64,000 nt of DNA. It comes from Mytilus californianus (lineage: Eukaryota). The translations under genes and the position numbers were made by a program. The stretch covers positions 48,422,001 through 48,486,000 of the forward strand of contig NW_026262679.1 in NCBI RefSeq assembly GCF_021869535.1, written 5' to 3'. Shown here one piece after another: positions 12,053-25,165 of the stretch. Each line of letters begins with the position of its first letter. Positions within the stretch are counted from its first letter, which is position 1. The notes below the pieces were generated by a model, which saw nothing but the letters and a program-made list of their open reading frames with translations, did no database searches and was not told the DNA's origin.

Positions 12053-14639
12053 GATTTGTCCTGCTGTTTAGGCAATGTTACGGTGATTTTTTCTATTTTT
12101 CAAAGTAATACACTTATACCGAATTAGATGCATTTGATAATTAATAATCAGCAAAGTATTGTATTTCAATATTGATTGTGTTAAAACATAAATCATTGGA
12201 GACATATAAAAATTCAAATGTCATTTATGACATCACAAAATGGTAATGTCATTAAAAAAAGATTGTATCGTTATTCTAATACCATAACTGATGATAGAAA
12301 TCAAATGATCAGAAAATTGTAATAACATTTAAAATCCAACAACAGCAAAAATTAATTTTTTTAATAATACTAAGCTAATATCTTTGACAATTTTTTTCTG
12401 ACAAAATAAATTATACATGCCGCATAAAACATAATATAATTTTTCATGTAACGTATTTATTGAGAAGTCAAATATTTTAAACTTTGCACATTTTAAAAAG
12501 TAGAAAGAAAAGTTGCATGGACTAAAACTACTGTACAATACCATTAAGCACTCGCTTATCATCCTTTGCTTTACATTCGTGGTTTTCAAATGGTCAAGAT
12601 TTGGGCCTACCTGGTGAAGGAAAATCTAGAAAATCCCTTCGGAACGAACGACATTGATAAAGTGTTATTTTCATTTCCTACATGTGTATGTACATATAAA
12701 ACACTCATCATGCGACTAAATATAAAATGATAGTTTATTTTCAAATAATACAGAATAAGTAACTTCAAATAAAAGACATAACCGTTTTTAAAATCATAAA
12801 ACTTCATGCAACAATCTACCTAACAAAACGTATGTTAAAAAATTCTATTTTGTTTGTAAAAATTTTGAACAGCAACCATTCTTTCTTTCGTCTACATAAT
12901 TTTCAGCATGCAACCGTAGAATAAGTGTAGACAAACATGTTACTGGTAAACGTATGAAAAGGAAAACGAAATAGATAAATAGATGTGTTGTGTTTCTGTA
13001 TATTTGGTTATAACTTTTAAATATGAGTCGTTTTCTTTTGGTAACATATTAGATGAATACAAAGTAGTAGCATTCAATTTATATTATTTAGTTTAGATAA
13101 TATTTTTTTAGATTTTTACTAAGTCATTGATAATTTTTCTAATCCATTTTTTATCAAATTTGGTGAAGTTTTCAGAGTCTTAAATTTTTATATTTGATTT
13201 CATTTTGTATACTTATAAATTTATTTTTTTACTTTGCAGTTTCGTGTATGTACAAATGTGTGTATATTTTGTAACATGTAAAGCGCTTAGAGTAACTGAT
13301 ATGGAACGCCACAGCTGTCTTATGTGGAACTCTGATATTACTTTATGTTGTTTTATTATTACTTGATGATATTTTGTCTTTACTTAATATGGTTTTGACA
13401 TTACGTTATGATGTTTTGATATAACTCAATATGGAATTATCGTTACTTAATGATATTTCGAGATTACACGATATGGTTTCGTATTGACTTGATATAGTTT
13501 TGTCATTACTCAATATGGTTTTGTCATTACTCGATGTGGTTTCGCCATTATTTAATGTGGTTGTGTCATTAGTCAATGTGGTTTTAACATTACTTGATGT
13601 GAATGTGACTTAACGTTATGTAGTTGTTTCATTACATGATGTGGTTTTGTTATTTTGTAATGATGATTTGCCTATTCTTTATATGGTTTTAACATTACGC
13701 AATGATGTTTCAAAATTTGACGATTTTACACTACATGATGTGTTTGTTTCATTATTTGATGTGGTCCTGTCATTCTTTGATGTGGTTATCCCATTACTTG
13801 ATGAGGTAAAATCACGTGACCAATTCGGAAAAACCTGTTCTATTTTTAGATAGATTTCCATGTTGTATGTGCCTTGGATGAGTGTGGCCATCCATCGAAT
13901 TAGAGTTCAAATTAAAGTTCGGGTTACTGTTTGAGTTAAACTTTGAGTTAGTCTTCGATTTCGAATTCAAGTCATTATTGGAATTAAAGTTTTAGTTAGC
14001 ATTGAGTTTCGAGTTGGACTTCGAGTTTGAGTCACATTTAAAGGTAGAGTTCTAGTTACTACATTAAATTTGAGTCACTTTTGAGGTAGAGTTTGAGTAT
14101 GATTCGAATTTAAGTCTTATTTAGATTAATTAAGATTTTGAGTTGAAATTCGAGCTATCTTATATGAGTTCGTATTTAAATTTTCTATCGCGGAACAAGG
14201 ACTTTTGCTCGGGCTTCCGAAAAGAGGGCTCCGGGGTATGCGTACAAAAGATAAACAATGTTACAGAATACAAAACGCAACATAGAAGTTGAAATAAAGT
14301 TAGATGTGGTGTGATTGACAATGAGACAACTGTCCACCAGAGTTTAAATGCAGTGGATGTAAGAAATCATATATAGGCAACCGTACAGCCTTCAACACAC
14401 CGTATAGTCAGCCACAAAAGGCCATCATGCACCATGTGAAAAAATTCAAACGAAAAAACAAACGGTTTTATTTATAAATAAACAATCTACAAAAAAATAA
14501 AACACACATTTATACAACGACAACAATTGAACTTCATGCTCCTGACTTGGGGCAGGTAAATAAAGAAAGTGCACGTGGCGGAGTTTAACATGTATGTGAG
14601 CGCTACATCCTAACCTTACATCGGACTCAACTCATTTAA

Positions 14640-14890
14640 CCGCTTATACCCCAAATTGACAAAACAAAAGTTCGATTATCTCCCAAAAGAGCAAAAGATA
14701 ATAAAAATAAAAACCCTGACCACATGCACACCTTCAATATATGTACAAACAGACAGTAAAGAGAAAACTTCCTAGGATTCAAACTGTAGGAGGAGTTATG
14801 CGGAATACCTATATACCCATAATGGGACGGACAGACGGACGGACAGGGGTAAAACAATATGCCCCAAACTTTCATTTGCGGTAACATACA
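14640..14890 (+). mobile_element. pearl/CvA/MgE-like (Helentron-associated) non-autonomous element fragment
   Basis: GGACGGACAGACGGACGGACAG microsatellite core followed by GGGGTAAAACAATATGCCCC, an arrangement typical of bivalve pearl-like elements (recognised from memory). Confidence 0.5.
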
Positions 14891-15624
14891 AAACAGTTTC
14901 ATTTGGCTGATTCAATAGATCGGTATGACTGGGTAATATAAATCCATCGAGGTGATCTCGGATGCTCCAGAAAGGCACCCGTCGTGTTATTCGAGAAAGT
15001 ACAAACCCAGTGATTTGGTTTTATTTGGTTGTTTACATTCAAGGAAAAGATGATGGTATTATGGTTACGACCACTGGAACATGTCCGTCGTCACATGTGA
15101 AACAGATATTCCAAAAGTTTATTTTTTTTCAATTAGTGCGAGGTAGATCAGGGAATTCAATTGATTACAAATAAAAGATTGATATTCGTATAAGTTCAAA
15201 TGATCATTTATGCTAAAAAAAAAATCGGAGAATTCATATTTTATAGTATTAATGCTTTGTCGCTTAGTCCGAGCCCCCCTCCCCCCGTTTCCTGTAACTT
15301 TAGTGTTAATTCATTTGAAGTGGTTCATTTGTTAACAATAAAGTTCAAGTCTTTTGATTTGTGTCGAGGCTGCGACATCAATGTAGCGGCAGTGAGACAC
15401 AACAAACCTATATTTCGTCGTCGATAGTGGCGTCGGCGTCTCCATCTCCATTTTCTTTATTTCTATTGAGTTTAACCTTTCATTATACATGTTACTAAAC
15501 ATGTATGCCATCATAATTTTGTACTTTTAGAATATCATACTGTATTTGTTTACCTTGACTATTGTATCTGTATTTATATTGTATGTTTCTCTGTAAACTT
15601 GTATTTAGTTTTTAGAGAATAAAG

Positions 15625-15647
15625 TATCTATCTATCTATCTATCTAT
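15625..15647 (+). repeat. (TATC)n microsatellite
   Basis: tatctatctatctatctatctat. Confidence 0.9.
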
Positions 15648-16841
15648 AGATCGTTAGGTTTCTAGTTTTTTACATTTTTCATTTCGGGACCTTTTATAGC
15701 TTACTATAGGGTATGGGTTTTGCTCATTGTTGAAAACCATACAGTTTTGTTTTAGTTAAATAAAACCGAATTAAACTGTTTTGACATGATAAATTTGTAA
15801 ACCTCCATGAAGTGTTTTAAAACTTGTATAGGAGTTATTCCTCAATTTCAAGAAAAAGCATCTACAGAAAAACATTTTTTTAAAGTTTTTTTTTACCGAT
15901 AAATGTATAGATAAATGTACAGCCGATCAACATGACGCTTTTACACTTACAGCAGCAATATCACGCGAGACACAGGTTTACGTGGAATATTTTACAAATT
16001 TATTACAAAAATACTGCTTCCGTTTGAGAACTTAGGATAAAAACAACAGGACCAAGTGGTTTGGGGATATCCCAATTATGTCCGAAATACTGTAAACTTT
16101 TTAATACTTTTTTTCTTATTATTGTCTGCCGTTCCCCTTTTTCATACCAAATAACTCTGAACAACCACTCGAACTTTAATTTGAACTTTAACTCAATGGA
16201 TAGCGATACCCATCCAAAGCACATTAAACAAACGATATATTGAAATCTGTTTAAAAATAGAACATATTTTTTTCCGAATTGGCCACGTGGTTTTACCTCA
16301 TCAAGTAATGGGATAACCACATCAAAGAATGACAGGACCACATCAAATAATGAAACAAAAACATCATGTAGTGTAAAATCGTCAAATTTTGAAACATCAT
16401 TGCGTAATGTTAAAACCATATAAAGAATAGGCAAATCATCATTACGAAATAACAAAACCACATCATGTAATGAAACAACTACATAACGTAAAGTCACATT
16501 CACATCAAGTAATGTTAAAACCACATTGACTAATGACACAACCACATTAAATAATGGTGAAACCACATCGAGTAATGACAAAACCATATTGAGTAATGAC
16601 AAAACTATATCAAGTCAATACGAAACCATATCGTGTAATATCGAAATATCATTAATTAATGACTATTCCATATTGAGTTATATCAAAACATCATTACGTA
16701 ATGTTAAAACCATATTAAGTAAAGACAAAATATCATCAAGTAATAATAAAACAACATAAAATAATATCAGAGTTCCACATAAGACAGCTTCGGCGTTCCA
16801 TAAATTGTATTTCTGTAAAATGTGCTTTAAAAAATGCCTTG

Positions 16842-16898
16842 TAATAATAATAATAATAATAATAATATGAATGATGATAATAATAATAATAATAATAA
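16842..16898 (+). repeat. (AAT)n microsatellite, interrupted
   Basis: taataataa... run with a short ATG-type interruption. Confidence 0.9.
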
Positions 16899-16915
16899 AA
16901 AGAGTCCAACAATAG

Positions 16916-17272
16916 AAACATACTGCCCTTGGATGAAGGTGTTAGGGTAGATTAACACACGAGGGAAAACATTATCATCCAAGACAAATTCGCAGTTGAT
17001 AATTTTTTCAACGAATTTGTTCACTGTTTATCATCACCACCGTATATAGGTCCCTTTGGCCTGGTTCTCTGTTCGTTGTCTAAGTAAAACTACATTACTG
17101 TACATATACCAACAAATAGGTACCCAGGTATCTATACGCTAGTATTTTATACAGTTATGTTGTTTTTCTTATACAATGAACAAAGAACCAGGACAAGGGT
17201 ACCTATATCCGGTGTTATTGATACACAGAGGTGTTAATCACCCTTGCACCTTCATCCAAGGGCAGTATGTTT
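16916..17272. mobile_element. MITE, ~350 bp
   Basis: 26-bp TIR AAACATACTGCCCTTGGATGAAGGTG (16916-16941) and its reverse complement (17247-17272), plus an internal inverted pair at ~17038-17073 and ~17178-17213. Confidence 0.7.
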
Positions 17273-20034
17273 TTTTTATTATACTGAATTACTTATGATT
17301 CAAGTGTTTACTAATAACAACAACAAAACGACGGAAATGATGTACAGATAAGAATCGGTAAACCTCGGCCGGAGCGGGTGTTAATTGTTCCGGATCGGCA
17401 AACTTAGGGCTCAGTGGGTGTTAATTTTAGGCATTAGCACCCGTTTCTAATATTATCACATGTTGCTATGGGTGGGCGGGGCTTATGAAAGGTAAGTGAA
17501 AATTAACAAATGCCGCATGTCCAATAAAATGAAGGGATAATATAAGAAATTTGCTTAAAGTATAATAAAAGGATATGATATTTTATGAAAACTTCTAAAT
17601 GATTGACAGAATGAGTGGAATTCTGTTTTGATTTTTTTTTAACGGTAATTAAAGGAGTAGGTTCACGAAATGTCAATATTGGCCTAGAAAAACAGTGAAA
17701 TTGATCTTCAATAATAAAAGTTAACATTTAAAGGAGTATTAGCTATAATTTGGACAAAAATACTATTCTTTTTGTTTGAGTATTATTAAATGGACATTCA
17801 AACTCACATATCAAAGATTCACGCCGCCTCTAGAATAAGTAGTTTCACAATAACTTTGAAGCCCGGCTTTGATTGCTGATAAACTTGATGTTAACATTTT
17901 AGAAAGACTTTTCGAAGAGCACTATGGAATACCCAGCAATATAACGTTGTTTGTAAGGACACTCGTTGTTTATGTATTTAATGTATTATATACAGTGAAG
18001 GAAGACCCAATTTTTCATCTTTGGTAGAACATAGAACAGGCCTATGATTAACCGGGATAAGTTCACATCGGACATTTCCTGAAAAAATATTTAACCTAAT
18101 ATTTTGTTATTTGTTATATAGGAGATCGAGATGTTTCAATTGTAATTCTTATAACTTTTTTACAGTATCAAGGAGTTGCCGATGAGGGCAAAATGTCAGA
18201 TAAAATGTTCTAATAGTACAATAAGTAATGAAGGCGTTTTAAATATCTAAAAATGATGTAAAACTCACCTTAAAAAATGTCAAAAGACATTTATATAAGA
18301 TACAAGTGTCAAGTGGTTATAATTAAATCAAATAGACTTGACATTTTGAAGGCGTTTTAAATATCTAAAAATGATGTAAATCGTAACAACATAAAAAATT
18401 TCAAAACTTAAGAATCAGTGCTTATTTTGATTCATGTAAATGTTTTAAAAATCTCATTATGTTTGCTACATTATTCATCTATTGATATCTAATATTTTGT
18501 ATAGTTATCTGAATTTATAAATATTTTGCAAGAGTAAAAGTAAAATCTGTCTGAAAGTCCTTGTTACTAGTCCAAAAAAAATAAAGAAACTTGTATCGTA
18601 ATGATACGTGGGTTTTTGGAAGTCTGGTGAATCGAACAGACTTTCCATAACATATTATCCACATTGTTTTTAAAAACCCAAGACAAACCGTCCTTCGATT
18701 GACAGGTCAGTCTATAATGAAATTAATATATCATGTACTTCCCGAAGTAAGGAAACGGATTCACTGCCTGTCTTCTATTTGTGTCTATTATTTTAGTAAG
18801 TTAACCTTTCATGTATGGTGTATCAAAGGAAAACAATGAACTGTTGATGCCAAGTCAAATATTATTGACCTAATCTTATTAGAAGTAATAGGCTAGAAAA
18901 AGGAAACCAAACGAACACAATATTACCGAAATAGACATATATAATATCATTGTGACAAGTTAACATTCAAAATTACAAAGGATGAATGTCTGTGCGCTAT
19001 GTTTCTCTTCGGCGACCACCAAATATACATTATCCACTTCAAATACAATTTTGTTTACAATATCCGTCATATATAGTTAGAAAAATTTTTAATTACGGAA
19101 AAGAATGCAAGGAGCGCAATAGTGATTATTAGTTTAGTGACTAAGGTAAATACAACATAGAATTAATCAAAAGTTATCTTCTAAAAGTCGTTTAAACTTA
19201 AAATAATGAAATATTTTAAAACGGCATTTTAATCGGCACTGATATGAATCAAACCGTCACCCAACACACAATATGTCTATCATTTTAACGCCGAAATCAT
19301 TTGATCTATTTAATTGTCGCTCAAGTAATATGACATTAATTCACATATTTACTATTCTGAATAATCGACAGATTTTATGATATACAGTACAATTACTGAA
19401 GATGAATTACTACGATGACCTACGATCTTCAAAACGTATTTGATAAGAAAGATTAATTAGATAAACGAATTACTGTTGCATTCAATGTGGTCTGCGAAGT
19501 TTTGAATCTTGTTTAATCACAAAAGACAAATGGACATCATCAGTCAAGTGAACAAGTACAAGAGCTAAAGCTATTCATCAATTCGCAATTGCATTACAGC
19601 TATGTAAAACTGTCTTCCATAGAAGGCATCAATTGCTTTTGCTTCGTGTGAATCCAACTTGTTTTAAGTCATATTTTCATATTCTGGTAGTGTGCCTTTA
19701 AAACACATCTCTTAATTTAAGTATAAGTATAACCTAAAAGGTTAGCTTAGCGAATGTTACAAGGCAAAACCAAATGTCGAAAATCCATGAAAACAATACA
19801 AGGCACACCTAATACAATGCTAATCAGTGCGCAATTATTCAAATATATATATTAGAGTTAGTAGATAACTAACGAGTAATAGATGCCGAATAGGTTTTTG
19901 TGTGGGGTGGGGTGAATGCAAATAAATCTAAAGGACGATAGATGAAAGTAACGACACGACAAAGGATGACAAATCAATGAAACTAGAGATTTACCGTCTC
20001 AATACACAAACAAAGCTTAGGACAATGCAAACTC

Positions 20035-20425
20035 CAATCAAGGCTGAGATCGATATACGACTTTGGTATTTCGGAAAGGTAAGTATATCCTGCCTTGCCT
20101 CAGTAAAAATTTGGTGATACAAGGCAAAGCTATTTTTGAAATGTAAGTATTTTCTGCCTTTGCCTCTCAAAAAGCTAGGTGTGATATAAGCCTTGGTTTT
20201 CGGAAAGTAACTATATCCTGCCTTGGTTCAGTAAAACTTGGCAGAATATAAGGCCTAGGTATTTCGGAAGGGTAAGCATCTCCTGCCTTGTCTTAATAAA
20301 TGGTTAAAGTAATATAAATCTTAGGCACTTCGGAAGGTAAATATATCTTGCCTTGCCTCTATAAAAGCTGGAAGAGAAATAAGGACTAGTTTATTTTAGG
20401 AAAAGTAAGTACATCTTGACTTGTC
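20035..20425 (+). repeat. ~64-bp minisatellite, about 6 degenerate units
   Basis: Recurrent AAAAGCTGG..GTGATATAAGGCCTAGGTATTTCGGAAGGGTAAGTATATCCTGCCTTG at about 64-bp spacing. Orthologous array at 40790-41370. Confidence 0.8.
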
Positions 20426-23400
20426 AGGTAAGAAGACGATCGTATACATCTATAAAAAAAAAGATACGTTATGATTGCCAATGAACCTTTTATATGTAGA
20501 AGCACGACAATAAGTTATGTTTTAAAGATTTATATTGACCAAAACATATTTGTAACAGTTTGAAAGAATAAGAAATATCACATTTACATGTTTTCAGCCG
20601 ACAAAATAGCCAAACATCTTCCTTATATAAAGATAAGAATAATGGTACATGTATGATTGCCAATCAGAAACTAAATGTCGTTTATGTAAGTAACTATAGG
20701 TCACGGTACGGCTTTCAATAATAAGCAACCCCATGCCGCAGAGCAAGCTGTAATTGAAAAGACATGATAAAATATAAATCAAATCAAACGAGAAAACTCA
20801 ACGGCCTGATTTATGTAAAACAATAAATAAAAATAAATATGATATACAGCGACAATGAGGAACCACAGAAAATCCTGACATGCATTTAAGGTTTGCTGTC
20901 GTGGAAACTATTTCAGAGGACACACTGCTTAAAATGCATTGATTATGGTGGTAATCTTTCGTTTAGGGTTTAAAACTTACTTTAAACATGAAAAGAAACT
21001 AAAAAAAAATCAAAATTAGATACAAATTGTTTGATCTGCTGTTATCTAAAAACTGATGAACATGGTGCTGAATGATCTTCAACTTTGTAATTGATGTGGC
21101 CTTTTTAACTTTTTCCATTCGAACGTAAAAGTTTGCAGCCATGTCCGGTAATAATGGGACAAATGAGTGCCACGCTCTTTGCACGTCAAGAATCCTTGCA
21201 ACAACTCTTTGAGGGGTCCGTAGGTGGCCTTTTGCAAGGCTAAATTTCTGTCCCAATCCAATTTACCCTCACTTTCCCGTGGCATTCAAAATTTTCCCGA
21301 CCTTCAGCCCGGACGGCCTCTATTATAGGACCTACCTAATGTATTTATTGTTAATTTGGTCTCGTTCTGAACATGTATGAAATATTTGCCACTCGACGTT
21401 AAGCAACAAACAATCAATCAATCAATAACTGCTTATTATATTCATTTGCAAATAGGTTTAATTGAGTTATGTGTCCAAATACAAAACTTAATATTGACGG
21501 CATTTCGGCTACCAATAAATACTATGCAGTAATTGAAAGACAATTGTTACAGAACCTGTCTACCAAATTTATATTACAAAATTACGCATTTGTTTTATAA
21601 AGTACTGTAAGTAATTCGCTACGCCTTCTTTTACATGTATTATTTCGATTTTTTTTTCTTCAAAAACTCCTGTGCCCGACATGTCAGTGCAGAAATATCT
21701 AAACCAATGGAGAGATCCCAATGATAATTAGCCGTCACATTATAGAAAAAAATGTCTGTACATAATTAGATGATAGATATATATCTCTATAAAATTTAAA
21801 GCATGTCACAGTAGATAAGTTTTTTTTAATACAATGAAATCTACTATAACGATGTATACCATATTATTATACTATTATAATCTGTGCGTTCTATTTGTAA
21901 TCTGTTGTTGCCTCTGGAGGGTCTCTCTAATCCTAGCTAAATAAACATGTACTCATTTCTTACATTGTATATATCAATTTGTGTTAAATATTCTTCTATT
22001 CGATACATTAGATATTAATCAAATATTCGATTTCAATCTGTATGAATATAATTTACACATATTTTCGATATGGTAACAATAATCCTGTGTTTACTTACTA
22101 CTGATATTAAAAAATCTGCAAACATTTATGCTAAAAATGTAAGTCAAAGGCTTTATTTAAATACAATATTTACAATTTGATATTTGAAAAAGATCGAATT
22201 AAATATATATATATATAAATAAATAAGAAGATGTGGTATGAGTGTCAATGAAACAACTCTCCATCCAAGTCACAATGCGTAAAAAGTAAACAATTATAGG
22301 TTACAGTACGGCCTTCAATATGTGTTGTATATTCTGGGCACGTTTTCTGTATTAAAGATAGTTTACCACTTGCAAAATTGAGTCGTGGACTTTGAAGTAT
22401 GCTGAATTAATATTTCAAAAATCAATTCCATTTTGACCGTGTCTGCCTGTTCAACATATTGTAAATTAAAATTCGGCTCTATTATATAACTTTTTTTATT
22501 ACAGTTAAGTTTAAAATTTAGGTCAAGCGGAGCCAAGTGAAACATTTAAGGTTTCAATGCACTATAGCTCGTTTGTACATGCATAAAATGCCGTAACTAC
22601 AGTTACTTTGAAAATATTCATTTGCTAAATTTATAAACTGGAATATATTATGAACCTTGTAAAATTGGGTTGCCTTGAAATCAAAAGGACGTTAATTGGT
22701 TAACTTACAGTTAAAAGTAAATAAAATTGTACGCACCTACATTGATAATACATGAAACGTGGAATATTTCAATTGTCATGTATCCATTAATATATTGAGT
22801 ATGTATTGAGTCGTATTTTATAAATTAACGAATTAAAGAAAAATGCATTTTTTTGTATAACTTTATGAACTAACAACTTTTACATCTTCATAAGATATAA
22901 ATCTGTCAGAAATCCGAATTTCATATTTGGACTACTATCTGTGTCTCGAACTTCCTATATTGGATGGAAAAAGCATGCAAAAGACAAAATTTTCAGTTCA
23001 AAATCCTGTCATACAGTCTTTTAAAAGTACACCGGAACTTGCATACAAAATAATCATTACACTGTAAAATAAATAGACTTTTCATTTTCTTATCCGATAA
23101 AATTATACCCAAGCTTTCGATTCTTTTTAATATATATTTGTTTAATTATTTTCATTAAAAAATTAAATATTAGACCTGAGTTTACCCAGCTTTATTGAAA
23201 TAAAATTCAGTTTATTTACAGAGGAGGTGATTAAACAGCTTATTTTCAAATTTGATATTGGTGTTTCAAAATAATTTGTCATCCCTGGTATGGTTATTGA
23301 CGTAAACAAACTAATGCTTTTTCTTGCTATTTCGAAAAAGGGGTTACTTTTCTTTTTCTAGATTCATCAGTTTCGCGTTGTATGCTTTTAACCTGTAATA

Positions 23401-23569
23401 AGGTTTAGCTACTAGTGAAAGACAAAAAATGATAGCAGTGCCACAAATCTAGAATAGATATCTTATTGTAAATAGTTATCGACTTTTATTTTATAAAATT
23501 TATAAAACTACCTGTATTCTTATGTTAACCGTGTTTTCTTTGCCTTTGTAGGTTTAAAGATGATAGCTG

Positions 23570-25165
23570 AATATATATATATATATATATATGTTCGTTA
23601 TTTTCAAGGGAAGTCAGAGAGCCAGATGGTTCAATTTTACAGGCGAATCAATTCCAAGCAAGTTCGTTTTTTGAAATCAATGTTGCCAATCTGGATAGTA
23701 TTCTTTAAAAAAATTCTACTACGAATTAGATGGGCTCATTCGATGTGGTTTGTCCGCATGGTCTGTTATGAAGATCAAAACTGTATGGGATTTAAAACCA
23801 GAGTTGGTAGTAAAATTACATATAGAATATACGTCTAGTTTTGGAACGTCCGACGTACTTCATGGTAGAACAGGGATGTTTTATAAAGTTTGATATCAAG
23901 AGGGATACCTCTCAGTTTTCCCTGACAGTATTTGTGATTGTCCGGATATTGTCGAAATTAATTTCTCTTACAATTATATAGAGTCAATAATAGTATCCAT
24001 TGTTTATTCAAACTTGAAATTTAATATTGAAAGGAAACACAATGAAAATGATAACAAACGATATTTTTACCAATTTAACAATTTTGCGTCATGTTGATTT
24101 GCCAAATGATCAAATAAGCCATATCGATGCAGGATCACTAGGGCTTCCACCAAATAGCAGTCTGTTTGATATTAATCTTAGTTTTAACTATTTAAAAGTT
24201 ATACATGTCTCAACCTTTGGTATCAGATGGTTTTTATAATAGAATTGATCTATCTAACAACAAACTGTCAAAAATTACAAATATAAAGGGCTGGAACGGA
24301 TATAATATCGGTAATCGTACTGGTGGTAGTAACATTGGTTTTTCGAATAACGAATTCACCCACTTCTCAATGTATCAAAAGTTGAATTTTCAGGTGAATA
24401 TACTGTAAAACGATTTGCTTATTCGTATATAGCGTGTTTAGGAAACAATAATTGGACTTGTGATTGTAATCTTTGGAACGAGTATTTAACTCATTTGCGT
24501 AAAGGATTTGACTATCAAACTTCTGCAGTAAGTTTGTACAGTATTCCATGTTCAAATCCTCCTGAATTACGCCAATATGTAGTTATCGACTTTCAGACGA
24601 ATAAAACAAATGAACTTTAGCATCTTTTAATATGCAATATTACTTGTGCACATAATTGCACCTGTTTTCACCAAACTTCAAAAACAGAACGGTCATCGAT
24701 TGTTCGGGTCTAGCATTAAAAGCTATGCCAGATAATAAGCCATATTTCAATAATTTAGAAATAGATCTAAGTATGAATGATCTTTCTAAGTTAGACGGAA
24801 AAGGTTATTTATACCGAGTTACAAAATTGAATGTTTCAAATAACCATATTACATCGATATTGCCGATTATTTATAAAGTACTGAATCTAAATCTGATCGA
24901 TTTTCGCGGGAACAGTTTAGATACACTCAGTAATAACGTTCGCTTAAAATATCCATGCTCACTTTTACTCGGCCATTTGACCATAAGATGTACTTGTGAA
25001 CTGCAATGGCTACCTTCTTGGCTTGAACAACAAAAGCTGCCAAATTGTATGTTCAATAGAATTGTATGCATCAGCAACAACAAAGACGCAAGTAGTATGT
25101 CACATAGTAAATTTTGCATCCAGGACAGAACAAAACATATTTTAAGAAAAAAATTAACAGTTTGA
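23570..25165 (+). pseudogene. Toll-like receptor/LRR ectodomain pseudogene (multiple-cysteine-cluster architecture)
   Basis: Across frames: LRRs (IVEINFSYNYI, LRHVDLPNDQISHI, LFDINLSFNYL, IDLSNNKLSKI), LRRCT GNNNWTCDCNL...CSNPPELR at 24441, LRRNT CAHNCTCFHQ...TVIDCSGLAL, more LRRs (IDLSMNDLSKL, LNVSNNHITSI, IDFRGNSLDTL), second LRRCT CTCELQWLPSWL. Several stops and frameshifts. No TM or TIR domain seen. Start uncertain. Confidence 0.8.

Larger units (their letters stand above)
13302..16800. mobile_element. Foldback-like element with ~630-bp inverted arms built from 21-bp subrepeats
   Basis: About 13302-13930 is the reverse complement of about 16160-16800 (ends TGGAACGCCACAGCTGTCTTATGTGG / CCACATAAGACAGCTTCGGCGTTCCA), with TA on both outer sides. 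Arms contain a 21-bp period (GTTTTGTCATTACTCGATGTG). Absent from block B. Confidence 0.7.
5696..22972 (+). repeat. Segmental duplication, block A (paralog of 30797-51391)
   Basis: Colinear anchors read by eye: 5696/30797, 8444/31120, 12052/33035, 12950/33895, 17585/33980, 18520/38933, 20040/40790, 21706/50155, 22970/51390. Confidence 0.85.

Noticed and set aside
16003-16602. 199-aa ORF with LxDVV heptad repeats (and ORFs at 13641, 13679, 16526)
   Set aside because: Product of the 21-bp repeat in the foldback arms; no ATG-anchored gene context or domain.
20999-21285. Two overlapping minus-strand ORFs in a slightly GC-richer patch
   Set aside because: No recognisable motif, no clear splice context, and no counterpart in block B.
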